DNA of 64,000 nt from Aeromicrobium sp. Its GTDB lineage: Bacteria; Actinomycetota; Actinomycetes; Propionibacteriales; Nocardioidaceae. The translations under genes were made by a program, and so were the position numbers. The DNA lies in assembly GCA_025965435.1 (NCBI GenBank), contig JAOPWZ010000020.1, forward strand, positions 960 to 64,959. Direction: 5' to 3'. Position 1 is the first letter of the stretch, and each line of letters opens with the position of its first letter. Below the pieces are notes generated by a model. The model was not told the origin of the DNA, did no database searches, and saw only the letters and a program-made list of their open reading frames with translations. Positions 38,748-48,282 of the stretch are shown piece by piece.

Positions 38748-38798
38748 CTTGAAGCGACTACCCAGGGACGGCGACGCCGAGTCCCCACCAGGGAGGAC

Positions 38799-39776
38799 TC
38801 AGCGCCTGAGGCGTGCGGCCAGCTCGGTCGCCCAGTAGGTCAGCACGATGTCGGCGCCGGCCCGGCGGATCGAGATGATGATCTCGTCGATCGCCCGGTC
38901 GCGGTCGATCCAGCCGTTGGCGGCGGCGGCCTCGACCATCGCGAGCTCACCGGAGATGTTGTACGCGGCGACGGGCACGTCGACCGCGGCCCGCACGTCG
39001 GCGATCAGGTCGAGGTAGGACAGGGCGGGCTTGACCATGACGATGTCGGCACCCTCCTCGATGTCCAGCAGCACCTCGCGGATCGCCTCACGGCCGTTCG
39101 CGGGATCCTGCTGGTAGGTCTTGCGATCGCCCTGCAGGGAGGAGTCGACGGCCTCGCGGAACGGGCCGTAGAACGCCGAGGAGTACTTCGCGGCGTAGGC
39201 CAGGATCACGGTGTCGTCGTGCCCGGCGTCGTCCAGCGCGGCCCGGATGACGCCGACCTGGCCGTCCATCATGCCGCTGGGGCCGACGACGTGCGCACCG
39301 GACTCGGCCTGCACGACACCCATCTGGGCGTAGATCTCCAGCGTCGCGTCGTTGTCGACCCGGCCGCGGGCGTCGAGCACACCGCAGTGCCCGTGGTCGG
39401 TGAACTCGTCGAGGCACAGGTCGGCCATCACCAGGAGGTCGTCACCGACCTCCGCGCGGGCGTCGGCGAGCGCCACGTTGAGGATGCCGTCCGGATCCAG
39501 CGCACCGGATCCCTGGGCGTCCTTGTGCTCGGGGAGCCCGAACAGCATGATCCCGCCGAGGCCCAGCTCGGCGGCCTCCGCGTAGGCCTTGCGGGCCGAG
39601 TCGCGGGAGTGCTGCACGACGCCGGGCATGCTCGAGATCGGCCTCGCCTCGTCGCGCCCCTCCGCGACGAACATCGGCAGCACGAGCTGCGACGGCTCGA
39701 CGTGGGTCTCCGCGACCAGCCGCCTCATCGCCGGCGACGAGCGCAGGCGACGAGGACGGTCAGCGGGAAACGTCAT
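38799..39776 (-). CDS. hemB: Porphobilinogen synthase
   Basis: RPRRLR, CLDEFTDHGHCG, SGMMDG, YGPFREA, MVKPA. Confidence 0.97.
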   Translation of the reverse strand: MTFPADRPRRLRSSPAMRRLVAETHVEPSQLVLPMFVAEGRDEARPISSMPGVVQHSRDSARKAYAEAAELGLGGIMLFGLPEHKDAQGSGALDPDGILNVALADARAEVGDDLLVMADLCLDEFTDHGHCGVLDARGRVDNDATLEIYAQMGVVQAESGAHVVGPSGMMDGQVGVIRAALDDAGHDDTVILAYAAKYSSAFYGPFREAVDSSLQGDRKTYQQDPANGREAIREVLLDIEEGADIVMVKPALSYLDLIADVRAAVDVPVAAYNISGELAMVEAAAANGWIDRDRAIDEIIISIRRAGADIVLTYWATELAARLRR

Positions 39777-41449
39777 ACCTTGCGTCGCGTCGAGGGACGC
39801 TTCTGCGAGGGCTTGGTGACCGGCTCGCCGGCCTCCAGGAAGCCGACCCGGCGCGTGGCACCGAACTCGGCCAGGGCATCGGCCAGCACCTCGACGGACG
39901 GGGACTCGGCCTGGACGTCGACCCGCAGGCCGTGCTCCTCGGCGGTCTTGGCCGTCGCGGGCCCGATGCAGGCGATGATCGTCGACGTGTGCGGCTTGCC
40001 GGCGATGCCGACGAGGTTGCGCACCGTGGACGACGAGGTGAACATGACCGCGTCGAACTTGCCGGTCTTGATCGCCTCGCGTGTCGGCGCCGGCGGCGGG
40101 GCGGCCCGGACGGTGCGGTAGGCCGTGACGTCGTCGACCTCCCAGCCCAGGTCGATCAGGCCCGCGACGAGGGTCTCGGTCGCGATGTCGGCGCGCGGCA
40201 GGAAGACCCGGTTGATCGGGTCGAGCAGCTCGTCGAACGGCGGCCAGTCGTCGAGCAGGCCGCGTGCGGACTGCTCGCCCGAGGGGATCAGGTCGGCCCG
40301 GATGCCCCAGGTGGCGATCGCCTCGGCGGTCTTGTCACCGACGGCGGCGATCTTCAGGCCCGAGAACGCGCGGGCGTCGAGTCCGTACTCCTCGAACTTC
40401 TCGCGGACGGCCTTGACGGCGTTGACGCTGGTGAAGGCGACCCACTCGTATCGTCCCTCGACCAGGCCGCGAACGGCCTTGTCCATCTGCTGCGGGTTGC
40501 GGGGCGGCTCGACCGAGATGGTCGGGACCTCCTCGGAGATCGCGCCGTAGCCGCGCAGGCGAGCGGCGAGCCCGGCAGACTGCTCCTTGGTGCGGGGCAC
40601 CAGGATGCGCCAGCCGTAGAGCGGCTTGTTCTCGAACCACGACAGCGCCTCGCGCATGGCGACGACCTCGCCCACGACCGTGATGGCCGGGGACGTCATG
40701 CCGGCCGCCTTGGCGTCGGCTGCGATCTCGGCCAGCGTCGACACGACCGTGGTCTGCTCGGTCGTCGTGCCCACACGGGTCATCGCGACCGGGGTGTCGG
40801 GCTTGCGTCCGGCGTCGACCAGACCGCGAGCGACCTCGTCGATGCGGGCCACGGCCGAGAGCAGCACCAGCGTGTCCTGACCGGCGTGGTCGCTCCAGCT
40901 GATCGTGGAGTCGCCGACGCTGACGACCGAGTACTCACGGTGCGTCTTGTTGGTCAGCGGCACACCGGCGTAGGCCGGGACCGCGGAGATCGACGAGATG
41001 CCGGGAACGATCTCGAAGCCGATGCCGGCCTTGCTGCACGCGGCGGCCTCCTCGGGCCCGGTGGCGTACGTGAAGGGATCGCCGGCGATCAGCCGCACGA
41101 CCTGGGCGCCGGTCTTGGCGTGCTTGACGACCAGGCGTCCGCGGGCGGCGTGGGTCAGCGGCTCGCCGTCCTCGCCGACGCCCCCGTCAACGATCTCGGC
41201 ACCGTTGGTGACGAGGGCGGCCTGCTCCGGCAGCTCCGTGATGACGATGTCGGCCTGGGCCAGCAGCTCGGCTGCGCGGATCGTCAACAGACTCGCGTCG
41301 CCCGGCCCGGCACCGACGAAGCTCACGTGGCCACGCGGGAGCTTGCGCTCGCTCGTGCTCGGTGTCGCCGGTGCTTCGCGCACCGCGGCTTCTGGAGATG
41401 CAGTGGTGATGGTCACTGTGTTCCTTTTCTGGTCTGTCAGGGGGGTCAC
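39773..41449 (-). CDS. hemD: Fused uroporphyrinogen-III C-methyltransferase / uroporphyrinogen-III synthase
   Basis: VGAGPGD, GDPF, VPGISS, then HemD domain with FTSVNAV and FTSSSTV; alternative start GTG 41416. Confidence 0.9.
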   Translation of the reverse strand: MTPLTDQKRNTVTITTASPEAAVREAPATPSTSERKLPRGHVSFVGAGPGDASLLTIRAAELLAQADIVITELPEQAALVTNGAEIVDGGVGEDGEPLTHAARGRLVVKHAKTGAQVVRLIAGDPFTYATGPEEAAACSKAGIGFEIVPGISSISAVPAYAGVPLTNKTHREYSVVSVGDSTISWSDHAGQDTLVLLSAVARIDEVARGLVDAGRKPDTPVAMTRVGTTTEQTTVVSTLAEIAADAKAAGMTSPAITVVGEVVAMREALSWFENKPLYGWRILVPRTKEQSAGLAARLRGYGAISEEVPTISVEPPRNPQQMDKAVRGLVEGRYEWVAFTSVNAVKAVREKFEEYGLDARAFSGLKIAAVGDKTAEAIATWGIRADLIPSGEQSARGLLDDWPPFDELLDPINRVFLPRADIATETLVAGLIDLGWEVDDVTAYRTVRAAPPPAPTREAIKTGKFDAVMFTSSSTVRNLVGIAGKPHTSTIIACIGPATAKTAEEHGLRVDVQAESPSVEVLADALAEFGATRRVGFLEAGEPVTKPSQKRPSTRRKV

Positions 41450-42399
41450 GAGGCGACGACCACTAGGGCGTCGGCGCCTTCGGCGAGCATCTCGACAGCA
41501 AGACGTTCACCGACCGCGGCGGCTTCTGAGGGGGAGCCGGTCGCGGACAGTCGGATGGTGGGCGAGCCGGAGACGTCTCCGACCACGGCACGAAGCCAGA
41601 GCTCGTCGCCGTCATCGCCGTCAGCGATCTCGGCGAGAGCTCCCACAGGGGCACTGCAACCTGCCTCAAGGGTGGAGAGGAGGCTTCGTTCTGCGGTGAC
41701 GGCAGCACGGGTGTCGCTGTCGTCGAGCCGCGCGAGCACACGAGCGGTCGCGTCGTCGTCGACGCGGCACTCGCAGGCCAGTGCTCCCTGCCCGGGGGCG
41801 GGAAGCATCTGGAGAGGATCGATCACTTCGGTGGCCTCGTCGGCGCGGCCGAGTCGCAGCAACCCGGCGCGGGCGAGCAGCACCGCGTCGTACTGGCCCG
41901 ACGCGATCTTGCCGATGCGCGTGTCGACATTGCCCCGGATCGGGACGATCTCGACACCCAGGCCCAAGGCGTTGAGCTGGGCCTCGCGACGCGGTGACCC
42001 GGTTCCGACGCGGGCGCCGGCCGGCAGCTCGCCGAGCGTCAGCCCGTCGCGGGCCACGAGGACGTCGCGGGGGTCGACCCGTTGCGGGATCGCGGCGAGG
42101 AGGAGTCGGGGGTCGGGAGCCGTCGGCAGGTCCTTGAGCGAGTGGACGGCGATGTCGACGTCACCGCGGACGAGCGCCTCGCGCAGGGCAGCGACGAACA
42201 CGCCCTGCCCACCCATCGAGGCGAGCGGGGCCGAGCTGCGGTCGCCCTCGGTCGAGACCATGACGAGCTCGACCTCGACGCCGCACTCGGCGCGCAGGCG
42301 GTCGGCGATCTGACCGGACTGGGTCACGGCCAGGGTGCTGGCGCGGGTGCCGAGACGCAGGACCGGGCGGTCGGAGCTGACCGGATCGGGGGTCGTCAT
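41446..42399 (-). CDS. hemC: Hydroxymethylbilane synthase
   Basis: [39 protein letters not shown]. Confidence 0.96.
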   Translation of the reverse strand: MTTPDPVSSDRPVLRLGTRASTLAVTQSGQIADRLRAECGVEVELVMVSTEGDRSSAPLASMGGQGVFVAALREALVRGDVDIAVHSLKDLPTAPDPRLLLAAIPQRVDPRDVLVARDGLTLGELPAGARVGTGSPRREAQLNALGLGVEIVPIRGNVDTRIGKIASGQYDAVLLARAGLLRLGRADEATEVIDPLQMLPAPGQGALACECRVDDDATARVLARLDDSDTRAAVTAERSLLSTLEAGCSAPVGALAEIADGDDGDELWLRAVVGDVSGSPTIRLSATGSPSEAAAVGERLAVEMLAEGADALVVVAS

Positions 42400-43688
42400 G
42401 ACTTGTCGCCCACCCGGGTCACGGCGTCGACCGCCGACTGGTCCAGGGCGAACAGATCGGCCAGCGCGTCAGCGTAGGTCAGGTCGTCCGGGCCGTCGAT
42501 GAGCTGCTGAACACGGACCGTCGGCGTGTGGATGAGCTTCTCGGCGACGCGGTGCAGCGCCTTGCGGATCGCGGCGCGGTCGTCCTCGGGCAGGTGGGAC
42601 AGCCGCGACTCCAGCCGGCTCATCTCGGACGCGACGACGTCGGTCGCCATCGTGCGCAGCGCGATGACGGTCGGGGTGATGTGCGAGGCGGCCTTGGCTG
42701 CCAGGAAGGTGCGCACCTCCGCCTCGACGATCTGCCGGACCTGGGCGACGTCGGCCGCGAGCTCGGCATTGGCCGCCAGCTGCGACAGCACCACGAGGTC
42801 GACGAGGTCGACACCGTCCAGCTCGCGCGCCTGGGGGTCGATGTCGCGCGGGAGGGCCAGGTCGATCAGCGACATCGGCCGACCGGCACTCGACTGCGCG
42901 ATGCGGTCGCGGTCGAAGACGACCCCGTTGGCGCCGGTGCAGCTGATGAGCACGTCGGCGGCCGAGAGCTCGACGTCCATGGCCTGCCACCGCACGGCGC
43001 TGACGCCGAAGGTCTCGACGAGCGCATGCGCACGCTGGTACGTACGGTTGGCGACCATGATGCGCACCGGGTCGACACCGCGGTCGACCAGCGTGCGCAC
43101 GGCCAGGCTCGCCATCGTGCCGGCGCCGGCCACGAGGAAACGAGTGTCGGGAGCATCGACGACAGGACCTGCGGCATCCAGGCCGGCCGTGACGATCGAC
43201 GGTGCGAGCCGGTCGATGCCGGTCTCGGCGTGGCCGCGCTTGCCGATGCGAAGGGCCTGCTGGAACAGGGCGTTGAGGGCCGACCCGACGGTCGATTCGG
43301 CCTGCGCGGAGTGCAGCGCCTCACGGACCTGGCCGAGGATCTGGCTCTCACCGAGGATCATCGAGTCCATGCCGGCGGCGACGCCGAAGAGGTGGGCGAC
43401 CGCAGCCTCGTCGAAGTGGACGTAGACATGACGGACGAACTCGTCACGATCGAGGCCCGACATCTCGGCGAGCAACCGGGACACCTCTTCGACGGCGCCG
43501 TGGAAGCGCTCCGCCTCGACGTAGATCTCGACCCGGTTGCAGGTCGAGATGACGACGGACTCGGTGACGCACGGCGTCTCGAGCACCAGGTGCGAGAGCT
43601 TGACCGCCTCCTCCACGTCCAGGGAGGCGCGCTCCAGGATGTCGATGGGGGCGGACTTGTGGGACATGCCCACGACCAACACGCTCAT
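42396..43688 (-). CDS. hemA: Glutamyl-tRNA reductase
   Basis: [40 protein letters not shown]; ATG overlaps the rex stop. Confidence 0.96.
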   Translation of the reverse strand: MSVLVVGMSHKSAPIDILERASLDVEEAVKLSHLVLETPCVTESVVISTCNRVEIYVEAERFHGAVEEVSRLLAEMSGLDRDEFVRHVYVHFDEAAVAHLFGVAAGMDSMILGESQILGQVREALHSAQAESTVGSALNALFQQALRIGKRGHAETGIDRLAPSIVTAGLDAAGPVVDAPDTRFLVAGAGTMASLAVRTLVDRGVDPVRIMVANRTYQRAHALVETFGVSAVRWQAMDVELSAADVLISCTGANGVVFDRDRIAQSSAGRPMSLIDLALPRDIDPQARELDGVDLVDLVVLSQLAANAELAADVAQVRQIVEAEVRTFLAAKAASHITPTVIALRTMATDVVASEMSRLESRLSHLPEDDRAAIRKALHRVAEKLIHTPTVRVQQLIDGPDDLTYADALADLFALDQSAVDAVTRVGDKS

Positions 43689-44410
43689 GCACTCACTACC
43701 TTGCTCGTTGTCTTGCTCGTTGCCTTGCTGGTCGCGGACGTGTCCGCGCTTGCCTTGCGCTGCTCGTGATAGGCGAGGATCTGCAGCTCGATCGACAGAT
43801 CGACCTTGCGGACGTCCACGCCCTCGGGCACCTGCACGATGGCGGGTGCGAAGTTGAGGATGCTCGTGATCCCGGCCGCGACGAGTCGATCGGCGACCTC
43901 CTGGGCCGCCGGCGCCGGCGTCGCGATGACGCCGATGGAGATCTGGCGCTCGGAGACGAGCGTGTCGAGCGTGTCGAGGGGGCTCACGACGATGCCGGAG
44001 ACCACCGTGCCCACCCGCTGGGGATCGGCGTCGACCAGGGCGGCGACGCGGATGCCGCGGGTGCTGAAGCCTTGGTAGGCCGACAGGGCCGACCCGAGGT
44101 TGCCGACGCCCACGATGACGACGTCCCAGTCCTGGGTCTGGCCCATCTCGCGCGCGATCTGGTAGCGCAGGTACTCCACGTCGTAGCCGACGCCGCGGGT
44201 GCCGTAGGAGCCCAGGTAGGACAGGTCCTTGCGGAGCTTGGCCGGGTTGACGCCTGCCTGCTCGGCGAGCTCGTTGGACGCGCACGAGAGCACGCCCTGC
44301 TCGGCCAGCGCGTTGAGTGCGCGCAGGTAGACCGGCAGACGGGCCACGGTGGCATCGGGGATGCCGCGGGCGGTGCCGTCCGCGAGCCGAGTGCTGCGAA
44401 GAATTGTCAC
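43685..44410 (-). CDS. rex: Redox-sensing transcriptional repressor Rex
   Basis: IPDATVARLPVY, LRKDLSYLGSYGTRGVGY, GVGNLG, ILNFAP. Confidence 0.97.
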   Translation of the reverse strand: MTILRSTRLADGTARGIPDATVARLPVYLRALNALAEQGVLSCASNELAEQAGVNPAKLRKDLSYLGSYGTRGVGYDVEYLRYQIAREMGQTQDWDVVIVGVGNLGSALSAYQGFSTRGIRVAALVDADPQRVGTVVSGIVVSPLDTLDTLVSERQISIGVIATPAPAAQEVADRLVAAGITSILNFAPAIVQVPEGVDVRKVDLSIELQILAYHEQRKASADTSATSKATSKTTSKVVSA

Positions 44411-44483
44411 GGTGCTCCTGCGCCGCGATGCTGGGGATTATCCCTATCGGGACGGGCATCGGGTGCCCCCACAGTTTAAGAGT

Positions 44484-44501
44484 TTGTGAACGTGTTAACA
44501 A
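44484..44501. promoter_or_regulatory. Rex operator upstream of rex-hemACD
   Basis: TTGTGAACGTGTTAACAA, one mismatch to the consensus. Confidence 0.85.
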
Positions 44502-44503
44502 AA

Positions 44504-44585
44504 TCGAGCGACCAAGCGAGCGCAGCGAGCGGCGTCGCGAAGAGGTCGAGCGCCACACGCCGCAGGCGTCGGACGAGTCGAGACC
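44504..44585. repeat. REP-like units
   Basis: GCGAGCGCAGCGAGC (cf. GCGAGCGAAGCGAGC at ~3794) and GGTCGAGC...GTCGAGACC (44544-44585; cf. 1563-1581). Confidence 0.55.
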
Positions 44586-44659
44586 ACGCAGGTGGAGTGA
44601 CCTACTTCACCCGCGAAGGTCGCTCCGAACCGGACGAAAATGGAGCCGGAACCGCAAAT

Positions 44660-44926
44660 TCAAGCCCGACGCCGCCCCAGCGCCGTCCGCAACCGCACCG
44701 GGTCGACCCGCCAGAAGTCGTGCTGCGCGCCGTCGACGAAGGTCACCGGCACCTGCTCGGTGAATCGCGCCCGCAGGTCGGGGTCGCCGTCGATGTCGAC
44801 CCGAGCCCAGGTGTCGCCGGTGTCGGCGCAGACCTGCGCCACCTGCTCCTCGGCCGCGGCACACAGGTGGCAGCCCTCACGGGTGTAGACGACGACCCGC
44901 GCGGAGTCCGCGTGCGGGATGCTCAT
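44660..44926 (-). CDS. Glutaredoxin-like protein (DUF836 type)
   Basis: YTREGCHLC, EQVPVTFVDG, FWRVD. Confidence 0.9.
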   Translation of the reverse strand: MSIPHADSARVVVYTREGCHLCAAAEEQVAQVCADTGDTWARVDIDGDPDLRARFTEQVPVTFVDGAQHDFWRVDPVRLRTALGRRRA

Positions 44927-46491
44927 GCGTCCAACCCCAGCGTCTCGCTGCGTCCCAGCGCCCGCAGCCGCCCCTTGGCGACCTTGCCGGTCGCGGAGTG
45001 CGGCAGCCCGGTCACGACGATCGTGCGGCGCGGCTGCTTGAAGCGCGCCAGCCGCGTGCGGCAATGGGCATCGATCGCCTCCCGCAGCGTCGTCTCGTCG
45101 GGTGCGTCCCTGGCCGGCACCACGAAGGCGACCACGGCTTCCCCCGTCTGCTCGTCGGGCAGCCCGACCACGGCCACCTGACCGACACCGTCGACCTCGG
45201 CGATGATGTCCTCGACCTCGAAGGGGTAGACGTTGAAGCCCGAGACGATCACCAGCTCGCGGAGCCGGTCGACCAGCGTCAGGTCGCCGTCGGCGTCGAG
45301 GTAGCCGATGTCACCGGTGGGGTACCAGCCGTCGGCGTCGGGGCCGTCGAGCCCGTCGGGCCAGTAGCCGGAGAAGAGGTTGTCGCCCCGCACCCAGATC
45401 TCAGCCGGATCGCCCGGAGCGGCATCGGCCCCGTTGGGCTCGACGATCCGCAGCTCGATGCCGGGCAGGGCGCGGCCGACCGAGCCGTGCTTGATGCGGT
45501 GGTCGGTGTCGGGCGGTGAACCGTGCGTCGTCGTGATGACGGGGGCCGTCTCGGTGAGGCCGTAGCCCTGCTGGATCTGGTGGCCGGACGACTCCTGGAA
45601 CGCCTCGGCCAGATCGGTGTCGAGGGCCGACGCGCCCGACAGGAGCGTCGTGACGTGCGCCAGCTGGTCACGCAGGTCGTCGCGTCCCGCCCAGGCCGCG
45701 ATGACGGGAGGAGCCACCGGCAGGTTGGTGATGCGCTCGGCGGCGATCAGGTCCAGCAAGCCGGAGGGGTCGAAACGATCGACGAGCACGACCGTCGCGC
45801 CCTGGCGAACGGCCTGGCCGAGCACGCAGTTGAGCCCGTAGATGTGGAACAGGGGCAGCAGCCCCAAGCAGATGTCGTCCGGCGTCATGGCCGGGGGCTC
45901 GAGGCGGGCGATCTGCTCGGTGTTGGCGATCAGCGCGCGGTGGGTGAGCATCGCGCCGCGGGGGCGGCCGCTCGTGCCGGACGTGTAGAGGATGACGGCC
46001 AGCGCCTCGGCGTCGGGCGGTGACACCGGGGCGGCGCCCGACGCATCGGCCAGGAACCGGTCGAAGGACGTCTCGTCGTCCTGCGGCGCGGCACCGTCCA
46101 CGACGATGTCGATGCGATGGCCCTCGGTGACGGCCTCGCGCACCTGGTCGATGCCGGTCTCGTCGCACAAGACGACGCGGGCGAGCGAGTCGGTCAGCAT
46201 CCGCCCGATCTCCCGGGTCGTGGACCGCGGGTTGACGGGGACGGCGACCATGCCGCCGCGCAGGATGCCGTAGTAGGCGATCGGCAGGTCGATGCGATTG
46301 GCCATGACGACGGCGACCCGCTGGCCGGCGACCAGGCCCCGGCCCGACAGCGCCCGCGCGATCGCGTCGGCCGATTCGTCGAGCTCACGCCACGTGATGT
46401 GGCGCCGATCAGGACGGTGCTCGAGGAGAGCCACGCCATCGGGATCATTCGCTGCGGCCGCTCGGAGGTACTCGCTGACATTGACTGTCAC
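44923..46491 (-). CDS. Long-chain fatty acid-CoA ligase / AMP-binding protein
   Basis: YTSGTSGRPRG, GYGLTET, TGDIG, SGFNVYP. Confidence 0.92.
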   Translation of the reverse strand: MTVNVSEYLRAAAANDPDGVALLEHRPDRRHITWRELDESADAIARALSGRGLVAGQRVAVVMANRIDLPIAYYGILRGGMVAVPVNPRSTTREIGRMLTDSLARVVLCDETGIDQVREAVTEGHRIDIVVDGAAPQDDETSFDRFLADASGAAPVSPPDAEALAVILYTSGTSGRPRGAMLTHRALIANTEQIARLEPPAMTPDDICLGLLPLFHIYGLNCVLGQAVRQGATVVLVDRFDPSGLLDLIAAERITNLPVAPPVIAAWAGRDDLRDQLAHVTTLLSGASALDTDLAEAFQESSGHQIQQGYGLTETAPVITTTHGSPPDTDHRIKHGSVGRALPGIELRIVEPNGADAAPGDPAEIWVRGDNLFSGYWPDGLDGPDADGWYPTGDIGYLDADGDLTLVDRLRELVIVSGFNVYPFEVEDIIAEVDGVGQVAVVGLPDEQTGEAVVAFVVPARDAPDETTLREAIDAHCRTRLARFKQPRRTIVVTGLPHSATGKVAKGRLRALGRSETLGLDA

Positions 46492-46543
46492 GCTCTGAGT
46501 CAACCACAGGCCCTGCACCCCCGAGGGGGTTAGGCTCGGTCCC

Positions 46544-47428
46544 ATGCCACGGGACGCAACACCCGATCGACATCGCAATCTGCAGGCACGGTCGGTCCTC
46601 GCCGGGCAGGCGTCCGCGGCCTCGGCGCAGATCGAGCAGGAGCTCTCGGCGGCTCCCGACCCCACGGCGGCGGCGTTCTTCGACGTCGACAACACGGTCA
46701 TGCAGGGCGCCTCGATCTTCCACCTGGCCCGCGGCCTCCACCGGCGCGACTTCTTCACGACCAGAGACCTGCTCAAGGCCACGTGGCAGCAGCTGTGGTT
46801 CCGGGTCGTCGGCAGCGAGGATGCCGACCACATCGCCAACGCGCGGGCCGTCGGGCTGGCCTTCATCGCCGGTCACACCGTCGCCGAGCTCGAGGACATC
46901 GGGGAGGAGATCTTCGACGAGCACATGGCCGCCAAGATCTGGCCCGGCACCCGGGCCCTCGCCCAGTGGCACCTCGATCGCGGTCACCGGGTGTGGCTCG
47001 TCACCGCCGCGCCGATCGAGATCGCCCAGGTCATCGCCCGACGCCTCGGCCTGACCGGCGCGCTCGGGACGGTCTCCGAGCACGTCGACGGCGTCTACAC
47101 CGGCCGGCTGGTCGGCGAGATGCTGCACGGCGAGAGCAAGGCCGCCGCAGTGCGCGAGATCGTCGCGCGGGAGGGCCTGGTGCTCGAGGAGTGCTACGCG
47201 TACTCCGACTCCAGCAACGACCTGCCGATGCTCTCGCTGGTGGGTCATCCGTGCGCCGTCAACCCCGACTACGCCCTGCGGGCCCACGCCAAGGCCCAAG
47301 GGTGGCGCGTGCGTGACTACCGCACCGGTCGCAAGGTGGCGCTCGTCGGCGGCAAGGGCGCCGTGGCCGCCCTGGCGACCGCCGGGACGTGGCACGTGAT
47401 GCGCCGAAGGATCAAGCAAAGCCGCTGA
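46544..47428 (+). CDS. HAD-IB family hydrolase (SerB1-like)
   Basis: FFDVDNT, LVTAAP, AYSDSSNDLPML, AVNPD. Confidence 0.92.
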   Translation: MPRDATPDRHRNLQARSVLAGQASAASAQIEQELSAAPDPTAAAFFDVDNTVMQGASIFHLARGLHRRDFFTTRDLLKATWQQLWFRVVGSEDADHIANARAVGLAFIAGHTVAELEDIGEEIFDEHMAAKIWPGTRALAQWHLDRGHRVWLVTAAPIEIAQVIARRLGLTGALGTVSEHVDGVYTGRLVGEMLHGESKAAAVREIVAREGLVLEECYAYSDSSNDLPMLSLVGHPCAVNPDYALRAHAKAQGWRVRDYRTGRKVALVGGKGAVAALATAGTWHVMRRRIKQSR

Positions 47429-47474
47429 CTCCTGCGCGGCCCGGGGGTACGATCGCAAGGATCAGGGAGGGCCT

Positions 47475-48176
47475 GTGAGATCACGGTGGGATTCGCTGCG
47501 CGGTGCGCTGGCACTTGCCCTGGCCACCCCTGACGACCGTTCCCTGCAGATCGCGCTCGCGCTGGCCGACTCCCCCGCCTACGCACCCTCCTCGGGCGGT
47601 CAGTCACCGCACGACGACCACGATCCCGCGGCCACCCGCCTGCGCGCCCTCGTCGACCTGGCGAAGCAGGGAGACGCCGAGGCCTTCGGTCAGCTCTACG
47701 ACCACTACGTCACCGGGGTGTTCCGCTTCATCTACTACCGCGTCGGCTCGCGGCAGCTCGCCGAGGACCTCACCAGCGAGACGTTCGTCCGCGGGCTGCG
47801 CGCCATCCAGCGGTTCAACTGGCAGGGCAAGGACTTCGGGGCCTGGCTGACGACGATCGCGCGCAACCTGGTCGCCGACCACTTCAAGTCCAGCCGCTCG
47901 CGGCTCGAGATCGTGACCGACACGATCCCCGAGGGCAGGACGCACGCGGGCAGCCCCGAGCAAGAGGTGCTCGCGCTCATCTCCAACGAGATGCTCTTCG
48001 ACGCCGTCAGGTCGCTGCCCCCCGAGCAGCGCGACTGCATCCTGATGCGTTTCATCCAGGGCCTCTCGATCGCCCAGACGGCGGCCGCTCTCGGCCGCAG
48101 CGAGGGCGCGATCAAGCAGCTCCAGCTGCGCGCCGTGCGCAGCCTGGCCAAGTCCGTGCCGGAAGATGCTCGATGA
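47475..48176 (+). CDS. ECF sigma factor, BldN-like
   Basis: GDAEAFGQLYDHY, AEDLTSETF, WQGKDFGAWLTTIARNL, EGAIKQLQ; N-terminal extension. Confidence 0.9.
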   Translation: MRSRWDSLRGALALALATPDDRSLQIALALADSPAYAPSSGGQSPHDDHDPAATRLRALVDLAKQGDAEAFGQLYDHYVTGVFRFIYYRVGSRQLAEDLTSETFVRGLRAIQRFNWQGKDFGAWLTTIARNLVADHFKSSRSRLEIVTDTIPEGRTHAGSPEQEVLALISNEMLFDAVRSLPPEQRDCILMRFIQGLSIAQTAAALGRSEGAIKQLQLRAVRSLAKSVPEDAR

Positions 48177-48211
48177 GCTCGCCCGCCTCGACGGTCCTCC
48201 CGTCGTCTCCA

Positions 48212-48239
48212 CGTAACCTCGACGGTTCGGGACTCGTTG
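48212..48239 (+). promoter_or_regulatory. BldN-type promoter CGTAAC-N17-CGTTG upstream of the anti-sigma gene
   Basis: CGTAAC at 48212-48217 and CGTTG at 48235-48239. Confidence 0.6.
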
Positions 48240-48282
48240 TCCCTGACAGCACCCGAGCACGTCCAGCAGTCAGGAACCCATC

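Noticed and set aside
41411-41449. GGTCAC duplication at the hemC/hemD junction
   Set aside because: The two GTGs are in the same frame, so they are alternative starts and not a separate mini-ORF.
42396-44558. Long N-terminal extensions in the ORF track (hemA 720 aa, menD 803 aa, menF 660 aa, GMC 631 aa)
   Set aside because: The extensions overlap neighbouring real genes; true starts are downstream, so these are not fusions.
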